Translations under genes and position numbers: made by a program | NCBI RefSeq assembly: GCF_000400465.1 | Contig: NW_008806296.1 | Location: 60,001-92,000, forward strand | Length of the DNA: 32,000 nucleotides | Direction: 5' to 3' | Source: Wallemia ichthyophaga EXF-994 | Lineage: Eukaryota; Fungi; Basidiomycota | The notes under the pieces: generated by a model | What the model was told of the DNA's origin: nothing | The model's input: only the letters and a program-made list of their open reading frames with translations | Database searches by the model: none | Shown here: positions 1-8,938 of the stretch, in pieces | Layout of the letters: every line of letters starts with the position of its first letter | How positions within the stretch are numbered: position 1 is the stretch's first letter

Positions 1-206
1 ATTCATCTCACAACCGGTGTTTACAAGCGGTGAACCGGTGGTGGATACCCGGTTATTTGAAGGTAAAGTAATTATGTAACGCAATCTTACATCATTTGAA
101 TATCCTATTTCAGCTAATTTCAAGTCTCCGACTGTCCTCCACACCGCGAAAGGTGCAAATGAATATTTTCACAAGTTAGATTGTATAAAGGTAACAAAAC
201 AAGCAA

Positions 207-1223
207 TCATTCTAAACTTTTACTTTTACGCTTCTTTGATTCGCTTGTAGTATTTTTGTCATTATTCTTTTCCTTCTTTTCCGATGACTTGTCATCAATT
301 TTCACTTTCTTCTCCTTCTTGTCTTTCTTATCAGCTTTGCCAGCACTATCTGTCTTTACTGAACCTTTCTTATTCTTCTTATCCTTCTTACCTGCATTGT
401 CCTTGTTCTGTCCTCTCTTGCCCTTGTTTTCATCTTGCTCACTAACAGCAAGTCGCCGCCGCTCATCTGCATACTTGGCCTTGTTTGCTTTCTTACGCTC
501 ACGTCTAAGCACTCTCTTGGCCTCCTTAGCCTCCATATTTTCCTGGGTACCTGTCTCATTCATATCCGATTCGACGTGTTTCTTCTCAACTTCGTCCAAA
601 GGAACTGGCAGTGTTTTCTGTGCTTGTAGTTTACGCAGCAAGCGCTTCTCCTTTGCAATCTTAGCCTGATTAGTGCGTTTTTCTTCCTTTTTAGATTTCT
701 GTTTTGGCATTGAGCCTTGCTGCTCGTTGTATGTATCAATATAAGCATGGACATCGTCGTCTGTATCCACGTTATTATCTTTGATGAACTGTCTAAACTT
801 GTTTATACGCCTGTTGTGAGCCTTGGATTTGAGATGCTCGTTTCCAAATTTATCCGCTGTAAACAGCCTTCCTGGGCAAATAGCGCAACGCTTATGGGGA
901 TATTCGCTGAACAGAGGTGAAGTGAGTGCGTTGTGGATGGTGATATCCTCTAGCTCAGAGGCACTTGAATAACTGTCTTCTTCGTCGTTCTCGTCCACGT
1001 CGTCGTCGTCGATCTTTTCGTCGTCGTTGTCCTCGCTGTCATTCTCACTGCCATCGTCACTGCCATTCTCACTGTCATTCTCGCTGTCTTCACTCCCCTC
1101 ACTTCCCTCGCTATCGCTGCCAGACTCGTCTGAATCGGACACAGCGCCTCTCAAGCCCTCTGCGAGTCCAATTTTATCCTCTAATTCTGAGCGTTTCTGC
1201 CTTTTAGCTGCTCTTTTGAACAT
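207..1223 (-). CDS. Uncharacterised Asp/Glu/Ser-rich and Lys-rich protein with one C2H2 (U1/JAZ-like) zinc finger, 338 aa, probably nuclear/nucleolar
   Basis: Single-exon ORF with an acidic N-terminal tract, the motif CAICPGRLFTADKFGNEHLKSKAHNRR (C-x2-C...H-x5-H) and a very Lys-rich C-terminus ending KKRKSKSLE. Localisation is inferred from composition only. Confidence 0.75.
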   Translation of the reverse strand: MFKRAAKRQKRSELEDKIGLAEGLRGAVSDSDESGSDSEGSEGSEDSENDSENGSDDGSENDSEDNDDEKIDDDDVDENDEEDSYSSASELEDITIHNALTSPLFSEYPHKRCAICPGRLFTADKFGNEHLKSKAHNRRINKFRQFIKDNNVDTDDDVHAYIDTYNEQQGSMPKQKSKKEEKRTNQAKIAKEKRLLRKLQAQKTLPVPLDEVEKKHVESDMNETGTQENMEAKEAKRVLRRERKKANKAKYADERRRLAVSEQDENKGKRGQNKDNAGKKDKKNKKGSVKTDSAGKADKKDKKEKKVKIDDKSSEKKEKNNDKNTTSESKKRKSKSLE

Positions 1224-1269
1224 ATCGTTCTACTTGGGAAGAGAGAAGACCTTCTTGTTTAGGACGTCG
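1224..1269. promoter_or_regulatory. 46-nt divergent interval between the zinc-finger gene and DHR2 (putative shared bidirectional promoter region)
   Basis: ATGs at 1223 (-) and 1270 (+). Promoter function is inferred from geometry only. Confidence 0.45.
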
Positions 1270-3529
1270 ATGGCGAAAATTAAATTCGACGGCGACGGAA
1301 ATAAGCAGGAGACAAACGGGAAGCGTGAGACGTCTCCGGTGAAAGGTTCTGCTCCGCCATTTGCCTCATCTGTCTCATCTCCGTCGAAGAAGAAACGGAT
1401 TTACTTTGACGCAGATGGCATGGATGATGGTATACGCGACAGTGCACGCGATAGTAATCATTACTCCACTCATGACTCCACCAATTCCCCCCATAAAGCT
1501 CGTCGGAAAGCGCACAAGAAGGTCGACATTGAACAACGCAACCGAATGCTCGAAATAAGGAAACAGCTGCCTATTTGGACAGGTGCGTTGAGCGTGCAGA
1601 TTGTGTACCACCACTCACACACACTCAGGCCGTGAAGCGCTCATCGATGCTGTCCACAACAACGACATCATCGTCGTTCTCGGCGAGACTGGTTCTGGTA
1701 AAACAACGCAACTTCCTCAATTTCTCCTTGAGAGTGGAATTGGTAGTGGTCGTAAAATAGCTGTCACTCAACCCCGTCGTGTCGCTGCCGTGTCCCTCGC
1801 TCACCGCGTTTCACAAGAAACAGGCACCCAACTAGGTAGTCTTGTCGGTTACAGTGTCAGATTCGATGATATGTCGTGGAAAGGCACGCGACTCAAGTAC
1901 ATGACTGATGGTATGCTCATGCGCGAGCTACTCTCAGATGAGCTGCTGTCTCAATACGGTGTGATTGTTATAGACGAAGCACACGAGCGCACCCTCCGCA
2001 CTGATCTTATCATCGGTACACTCAAGTCAATAATGCGTCGTCGTCACTCAGCTGCCCTGCCCCCACTCAAGGTGGTGGTGATGAGTGCAACGCTGGATGC
2101 AGACAAATTTGCGCGGTTCTATAACGCACCCGTGCTTTATGTCAAAGGTCGTCAACATCCAGTGAGGATATTTAATGCTCGCGAGGATATACAAGATTAC
2201 GTTGATGGAGCACTCAAGACGATTTTTCAGATACACCAGACCCAGCCGCTGCCCGGCGACATACTGGTCTTCTTGCCTGGCCAGGAAGAAATCAATACGC
2301 TCGGAGCGTCTATCAGTCTTATCGCAGACGGCGCTCCCCTCAAGCATGACATATCCATTCTGCGTCTCTATGCCTCTCTCTCGCCCGCGCAGCAGCAGAA
2401 AGTATTCGTCAATGCACCAGCAAACACGCGTAAAATAATCCTCGCTACCAATGTAGCTGAGACAAGTATTACAATAGCGGGAGTCCGTCATGTAATAGAT
2501 TCCGGACTAGCACGCGAGCGTAAGTACTATTCCTCGCACGGCGGTATAGGAGTGGATACGTTATTTGTGAAACCAATTTCTAAATCGTCGGCTATGCAGA
2601 GGGCAGGAAGAGCAGGACGTGAATCCGCGGGTACGTGCTATAGACTCTACACGGAAAGAACCTTCCTGTCTCTACCCCCCACTACACCACCGGAGATTGA
2701 GCGAACAAATTTGAATTTTGCCATACTACAACTCAAGGCGGTGTCAGAGGAGACGTTCCGCAATTTTGAATGGCTCGATGAGCCCAGCGAGGAGGCAATG
2801 CAGCAAGCGCACATGAATCTGTTCGGGCTGGGTGCTGTGAATGAACGGGGGGAGATAACGGAGGTGGGTAAGAAACTTGCTGGGATGCCACTAGATCCTG
2901 GTATAGCGAGGATGTTACTAGCTGCACAGACGCGCGAGTGCGTTGGGACGTTGCTCAGTCTCTGTGCACTACTCGCAGTAGATTCGCCCATTTACACAGC
3001 TACATCTGCTTCGCAGGAGCAGGAGGAACAGCAACACACACGCGACCGCTTCGCCAGTCGCCACGGTGACCATATATCCCTGCTGCATATCTGGGATGCG
3101 TACATGGATGTCGTACAGTCTGGGAGCACTGGCGACGTGAAGGAGTGGTGTGTAGCTAACAAGCTGAGCGAGCGCACTCTGCGTAGAGCGAGGGACATTC
3201 GCTCACAACTCTCCCACCAATGTCTCAAAATGGGTATGGATGTCAGTGTAAATGCTCACACGCAAGATGATGAAACCATCTTGCAATGCGTACTCGAGGG
3301 CATGTTTCATAACGTCGCTATTCGACAGGGTGATGGGACTTACCGACAGATAGTCAATCAGGGGTTGGTCAAGATTCACCCCACTAGCTGCCTCCTGCAG
3401 CGCAAAGCGCCGTGTATTATGTACAGCGAACTTACCCTCACTACGGCCACTTATGCGCGCACTGTCTCTGCTATTCACCCAGCTTGGCTGAGAGCCGTTG
3501 CGTTTTATAATCAGCGCGGGAGTATGTAA
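1270..3529 (+). CDS. DHR2: DEAH-box RNA helicase, DHR2/DHX33-like (exons 1270-1582, 1629-3529; ~737 aa)
   Basis: Motifs GETGSGKTTQLPQ, TQPRRVAA, DEAHERT, SAT, TNVAETSITI and QRAGRAGR, followed by HA2/OB regions. A 46-nt intron 1583-1628 (GTGCGT...CAG) joins LPIWTG to REAL in frame. Assignment to DHR2 rather than another DEAH helicase rests on the short N-terminus and overall resemblance. Confidence 0.85.
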
Positions 3530-3617
3530 ATTATTAGCTGGAAGTGTGCAGTAAATAGCACACACTATAGACAAGAATGACCACCATTGTACTAGAATAC
3601 ATATGCTTAATAAGTAA

Positions 3618-4591
3618 TTACTCCAGCTTGGCGACCTTTGTATTAACATGAGAAGCGATATCCCATTCAGCCTGCTTCTCAATAACGTTGGCGTCGACAA
3701 GAGTGTTAAGGGTGTTCTCCACAACGCTCTTGCTGACTACGCGGAGGTGATTCTGAGAGTAAGTGACGCCATCCAACCACTTCTGCACGTCATCCTTATC
3801 ATAGCCGAAAGTATCGCGCACATACTGCACAGCGCTACCATCAGATCTACCTTTGTCGAACAGTCTGACAGCGTCGTCTAGGGCGTCAAGGAAGGCAGTT
3901 GCTTGGGTATGATCCACATGTACACCAGCCACAATGCTCCAGCTGGGCCAAGGTGTGAGTTGATTACCGACAAACTTCACCTCGCCGCTCTTAACGTATG
4001 GGAGGGTAGTGAACCACTCCCACATAAAAGCACTAGTAGAGCCATCATTGACACTCCCGCGGAGAGCTTCGAAAGTGCCCTGAATGGCGAAATCAGGTTT
4101 CTCGGACCATTTCTTCTCGAGCGCCATCACATTCGCCATCACTTGGCTCCCAGATCCCGCCCGACTGATGCCGAACGTGGTTCCTTGGAGTTGGGAGAGG
4201 GAGGAGTAAGGCGAGTCAGCGGCAGTGATGACTGCCCAGTTGAGTGGAGATTCTATGTACGTGCCTATCAATTCAAATGTGGTATTACCGCGCACTCGTC
4301 CTGCCAGAAGACTCTCGGTTAACGCTATCGATATGTCGATCTCGCCCGCAGCGAGCTTGCTCATTATTTGGCCTGTGCCGCTCGGACACTCGACCAGAAC
4401 GAACGTTGCACCGCCGTCGCGTTCACCCAGTTGCAGAAGCGGTGATGAAAAGTGCCTGCGATTCACTTGAGTTGATCGCTCACTCGTACTTTCACTTTAC
4501 TCACTCCGGAACATAACCTATCCTCAGTGCTGCAGTAGCTGCTCGTTAGCGCCCCAGTCCTACTCGCACCATTTCACCACCTACGAGCCAT
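3618..4591 (-). CDS. Type-2 periplasmic-binding-fold protein, Ca3427/NMT1-THI5-like (exons 4591-4585, 4538-4505, 4455-3618; ~292 aa)
   Basis: Splicing introns 4539-4584 (GTAGGT...GCTAAC...CAG) and 4456-4504 (GTGAGT...CAG) gives MAPTAALRIGYVPEHFSSPL. The body has CPSGTGQIM, GISRAGSGS and FMWEWFTTLP, recognisable features of this fungal family. Confidence 0.8.
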
Positions 4592-4659
4592 GGTTTGAGA
4601 AGAAGATTGGCCATCTCATATAACTAGAGTATTTCAAGTATTGCGAGTATTTAGTCTAT

Positions 4660-5796
4660 TTACAAAAACCGTCTATATAATTCATCGCATTTGCGAACAG
4701 CACTGCGCGCATATACACTCACATCACCCTCTTGCGCGACGACTGAGGGCTGCGTGACGACATAAGGGTGTCCCCACCTATCGCAACAAGAGGCGTATCT
4801 GGCAGGCTGGGCTTTGATGTGATCGAGATTGAGGAGGACATGTGTAGTGGAGAGGGCGCCCAAGAAAGCCGATATGCAATGGTGGGGGGAACCGCACCAC
4901 CTGGCCATGTAGAAAGCAAGAGCCATAAGCAGATCCAGCAGGACACCTAGATGCTCGTAGAAGATACTCGACCACACGACACCCGGATGCACGATGACTG
5001 AGCGCGTGCTACTGTGACTTGCACGGAGCTCCTCATCGAGTCCGATCGCTAGTGCCTCAGTGAGGTATTTAGATGCTTCGTACGAGTAAGCGTGGCGCTG
5101 CATGTCGAAATCCCCCTCTAAGTCGTAGGCACATTTGCTAGCCTCGAGGCTGGACATCCACAGGATGGACGTAGGCTGAGTGCGCGACTCAGCTTCGAGC
5201 AATGCAGTCAGCTCGCGCGCTATGATAAAGTGCCCGAAGATGTTCATTTGGAACACCCACCCGAGGTTGTCCGACGAGGTCGCGCCGTGCGATTGTAGCT
5301 TGTAGGTGGGGTACGTGACGGCAGCGAGAGGGTGAGATAGCATCTGCACCGTCGCTCCCACCCAGTCTATACCGGAGAAAGTACCCCCGCCGGCGTTGCA
5401 GATTAAAGAGGCTATGGAGGTGTAGTTGGACTTGATACGCTCCGCGAACGCGCGACTAGACTGCACGCTGCTCAGATCGCAGTGTTCGTATTGGAGGGTG
5501 ATGTGTGTGCTGCTGCTCTCAGTTCTGGCGTGTGCGTCAAGATACTCCCGCTGAAGCACCTTTATCGCGCCTTCGGCCCTCAACTGCGACCGGCACGCTA
5601 GGATTAATCGAAGCCCCCTTCTTCTGGCCTGGTGGAGGAATGGGGAGATGCTATCGTCGCTGGTATGATTGCCATCTCCTCCCACATCGGTCGCCCGCTG
5701 GCTGCTCACTTGCGACAGGATCCGCTGGGATATACCAAAACCGACACCGCTATTTGCGCCAGTAACGATGACGTTGACAAGGCTGTCTTTGGGCAT
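4660..5796 (-). CDS. ERG27: 3-keto-sterol reductase (short-chain dehydrogenase), ~378 aa
   Basis: VIVTGANSGVGFGI Rossmann motif, LILACRS, LICNAGG, GWVFQMNIFGHF, LWMSSLEA and YEASK. Start chosen at MPKD (5796) rather than at the ORF-track start 5901. Confidence 0.85.
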   Translation of the reverse strand: MPKDSLVNVIVTGANSGVGFGISQRILSQVSSQRATDVGGDGNHTSDDSISPFLHQARRRGLRLILACRSQLRAEGAIKVLQREYLDAHARTESSSTHITLQYEHCDLSSVQSSRAFAERIKSNYTSIASLICNAGGGTFSGIDWVGATVQMLSHPLAAVTYPTYKLQSHGATSSDNLGWVFQMNIFGHFIIARELTALLEAESRTQPTSILWMSSLEASKCAYDLEGDFDMQRHAYSYEASKYLTEALAIGLDEELRASHSSTRSVIVHPGVVWSSIFYEHLGVLLDLLMALAFYMARWCGSPHHCISAFLGALSTTHVLLNLDHIKAQPARYASCCDRWGHPYVVTQPSVVAQEGDVSVYARSAVRKCDELYRRFL

Positions 5797-5921
5797 GAGA
5801 AGGAGTGTAGAGAAAAGAGAAGATGGACGTTGGGGAGAGAGAGGGAAAATAAATGGCGGATAATAAAAATAAAAAATGACCACACAATGTCTGGCTGACA
5901 CAAGGTAGTGATGCCACCATC
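5797..5921. promoter_or_regulatory. 125-nt divergent interval ERG27/TOA2 (putative bidirectional promoter)
   Basis: Head-to-head ATGs around a purine- and A-rich stretch (gagaaaagagaaga...ataataaaaataaaaaatg). Confidence 0.45.
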
Positions 5922-6468
5922 ATGGCCAACGCACAGAACTACTTTGAACTGTACAGAAGATCGAGGTGCGTTGTTGAGAGTGCTGTGTACGAAACTAACA
6001 ATTCCGTAAGCATCGGAATAGCGCTGACAGACTCGCTGGATGAGCTGATAACGTCTGGACACATAAACCCACAGCTGGCGATGAAGGTTTTGAGTCAGGT
6101 GGGCGTGGAGTGGCGTGTGTTGCGTGGCTGTGGCTAACAGAGCGTTTCTGCAGTTTGATAAGTCGATGATGGATGCTCTATCGAATCAAGTGAAGAACAA
6201 GACGCAGATGAAGGTAAGCGGTGTATTGTCTGATTGGCTGATTGGCTGTTATAAAAGCCCTTCTAACACACCGATACAGGGACACCTCCACACTTACCGC
6301 CTCTGCGATGAAGTTTGGACGTTTATCGTAAAAAATCCTCAAATGAAGGTCGATCAAGGGGAGCTGCTCACTTCCGATAAGATTAAGATCGTCGCTTGTA
6401 GAAACACCGAGGGGAATCCATTCCAGCAGCCTACGAATCAGCCAGCCAATTCAGCTGGCTCAAAGTAA
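5922..6468 (+). CDS. TOA2: Transcription initiation factor TFIIA small (gamma) subunit (exons 5922-5965, 6011-6098, 6154-6213, 6280-6468; 126 aa)
   Basis: The spliced product [41 protein letters not shown]...[19 protein letters not shown]...KIVAC is the TFIIA gamma signature. Introns 5966-6010, 6099-6153 and 6214-6279 are GT-AG, each with a CTAAC branch. Confidence 0.92.
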
Positions 6469-6520
6469 CTAATTTGTATTTTAGTATATGTATTTATATT
6501 TCTTTCTCTTTTAATCTTGA

Positions 6521-6876
6521 TTAGCTTCTTTTTATTCCTTGATTTGCCCTCTTCCTCGATTCCTGATACACCACGTAGCTTGCAAAGATCCCAACCGTGG
6601 ATAAACCCAGCAGCAATAGCCCCGCGGGTATCCTCACTGCCCAATATCTGTCTGGGAAGTATGCCTGTATTGCGCTGTGTGCGGATATAGCTGGCTACAC
6701 GCGAGTTAGCCTATTTGCACACCCATAACACACCACACACAGTCACAAACACCCAAAGCGTGTAGTAGGTGAATATAACGCCACTGCCAATCATCATCAG
6801 CAGTCCGAGTACATTGGTTGGTGTCTGTACGCGGTTTTGTCAATTCAAACTCGTGTCTCAACTGCTAGCTCACCAT
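6521..6876 (-). CDS. DPM2: Dolichol-phosphate mannose synthase regulatory subunit DPM2 (exons 6876-6874, 6824-6741, 6694-6521; 86 aa); not in the ORF track
   Basis: Spliced: MTPTNVLGLLMMIGSGVIFTYYTLWVFVTPAISAHSAIQAYFPDRYWAVRIPAGLLLLGLSTVGIFASYVVYQESRKRANQGIKRS. It has two TM helices and the FTYYTxW / YFP..YWAxxIP pattern of DPM2. Introns 6825-6873 (49 nt) and 6695-6740 (46 nt, GCTAAC branch). Confidence 0.85.
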
Positions 6877-6905
6877 CGTTGTGAGCAAACTAAACAAGAC
6901 ATAAA

Positions 6906-8920
6906 TCACGAGTAATTTACTATTATATACAAAAACAGCGTACTTAGCAACACCAGCACGCTGCTTTTACTCCTCTTCACACTCTCCACATCCACCGCTA
7001 TCAGCAGCGTCACCAACACCTTCCACCAGATATTTCTTTTCTCGGTGATTAAATGCAGCTGTAGCGTGTGTGTTAGCGTGGATAGCGATAATATCCAGAC
7101 AAACCTTCACTAGCACCCCTCCAGCCATATACAACCCCTTCAATGGTATTGCCGGCAGTATTCGCGGTAGTATACGCGGTGGCGGAGGGAGTTTGCGTGT
7201 TTGTTTGGCAGTGTGAGTGTGAGTGTGAGCAGCAGAGTGATTGGAATAAGCAGCGCCATAACCACCCACACCGATACCTTTCTCTATCCACTCCACCTCT
7301 TCCAACACCGCGTGCGCTAGAGGCCTACGCGCCGAATCTCTACTGAGCAGCTTGGCAAGCAGGCGAAAGAGGGAGATGGGGAGGTGAGGGAAAGAGAGAG
7401 ATGCCTGCCTAACATCCTCCTCGCTGAAGCTGTATCATGTGAGCCGCAACCACAACCAAAACCGCACAAACAGCACTCACCCTCTATAATTGGCTATTTC
7501 CGCAGAAAGCACGTCGTAGTCCGTCGCCCCACAGTCACCCACAGTGTGCCAAGGGAGAGCTAGGAAGATCATCTCGTGCATTATCATCCCTAGAGACCAC
7601 ATGTCCTGCGTGAATGAGTGCTGCTGCGTGAGATGACCGTTTGCATCGACGTGCAACGCTTCCGGGGAAGCATACTCCATCGTCCCAGTCTGCCCTGTAC
7701 GTTGGGCCGTTGCTTTGTCGATATCTCCATTACCTCCTCTAACCCCTGCCAGTGACAAGGATGAGCCGAAATCAGAGAGCATTGCGCGAGGAACAGCAGA
7801 AGGATTGCTGCTATCACCAACATCATCCCAACTTAGCAGCACATTCGCCGGCTTGAGATCGAGGTGCATAATTCCTTTGCTGTGCAGGAAGTCGAGACCA
7901 TCAGTGATGTGTTTGAGCAGTTGGAGGAGCTCTTCTTTGCGGAGGTGTTGATGTGTTGGGGTGGGGGCGGGGGTATCAGTGTTATTGTTGGTGTGAGTAT
8001 CTGTTGAGTGCGCCGAGTGAATTGAGTTCTGCCTCTTCTGTCTCCGTTGCTTGCGTGTCTCGGCAATAAAATTTTCATTTGTGTATGAGCGTGACTGTGA
8101 ATGTGAGTTGGAGGGCAAATGTGCTTTATCCACACCCTCCGCATTCCCACCACGGCGCTCATATATCAGCTCAGCCAGACTCCCGCCATTCGCAAAAGAC
8201 ATGAGGAGGTAGAGAGTTGGAACGCGAGGGCCAAACTGGGTGAGCGTCGCCAACTCGACCCATGAATGGTGGTAGTCGACAATATGCGGGTGGCGCAGAC
8301 TCTCGAGCAGCTTTACCTCCTGCAGTGCCCTGGTGAGGTACGCAGAGGACAGCCCGACAGCCACCTTCTTCACTGCATATAGACCCAGTGCGTTATCGTT
8401 CAGCGTGTGCTGACAGAGATGTACACTGGCATATGCACCACGACCTATTTGCCGCAATTCGACGAAGAATTTCGCATAATAGCCGTCGACGCGTGATGTG
8501 ACGTCATGTGCGTGCGAGTGGTAAGAGTGAGTGGGATTACGAGGGGAATCTGCTTTAGCTGGCTGAACATCTGCTATCGAATTACGCTTCTGATATGGTG
8601 GTTTCTGGTATGTTTTCGTATAAGGAGGTGTACGCGCACCTTCAAGCTCACTAAGCAAGCGGAAGTAGTTGGTGGTAGGTGGAATATCATCGGCAGGATC
8701 TGGCTGCATCGGGCGTAGACAATTGGGGCAGATTGAGTCGTGTTGGGTTTGTGGGTTGAGTGATTGAGTAACTTTAAGTGATTTCGTGGGTGGATGGTAG
8801 AGTACTATCTGATTAGAGGTGTTTGATCTGCCATAAAGTAATTTAATATGATTCAGCCAATGTAATAATCCCTCACAACACCAATTGCCAGTCTTTGTCG
8901 TGGGCTTTGACCAATGCCAT
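6906..8920 (-). CDS. IKS1: IKS1-family Ser/Thr protein kinase with predicted C-terminal membrane segments (exons 8920-8877, 8827-7481, 7429-7105, 7058-6906; ~622 aa)
   Basis: N-terminus WQLVLSNTSNQIVLYHP...CPNCLRP and YYAKFFVELRQIGRGAYASVHLCQH...YAVKKVAVG are typical of IKS1. Kinase motifs HLDLKPAN, DFG, GTMEYASPE and DMWSLG are present. Introns 8828-8876, 7430-7480 and 7059-7104 all join in frame. Confidence 0.82.
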
Positions 8921-8938
8921 GGTTGTGTCCTTACAACG

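Noticed and set aside
181-669. 162-aa Phe/Leu/Ser-rich + strand ORF, and many similar antisense ORFs across the window (e.g. 2048-2491, 3203-3724, 12665-13168, 21901-22332)
   Set aside because: They are shadow frames antisense to confidently identified genes. Lys/Glu-rich or GC-rich sense codons leave the opposite strand stop-poor, and they show no recognisable motifs.
985-1130. Imperfect tandem repeats (and Gln/Pro repeats at ~27000-27130 and ~17400-17470; CA/GT runs in IKS1) as CRISPR or mobile-element repeats
   Set aside because: They are codon-level low-complexity coding repeats with no repeat-spacer structure, terminal inverted repeats or transposase.
1027-1269. In-frame upstream extension of DHR2 overlapping the zinc-finger gene
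   Set aside because: It begins at a TTG with no ATG and is the antisense of the Asp/Ser repeat. The first ATG is at 1270.
3618-4591. Periplasmic-binding-like gene as bacterial contamination or an ABC operon
   Set aside because: It has two spliceosomal introns, sits within fungal genes, and has no permease or ATPase nearby.
5797-5901. 35-aa N-terminal extension of ERG27 given by the ORF track (and likewise the 13-aa extension of RCM1 to 25351)
   Set aside because: The low-complexity, promoter-like sequence precedes the conserved start region, so the downstream ATGs (5796, 25312) fit the families better.
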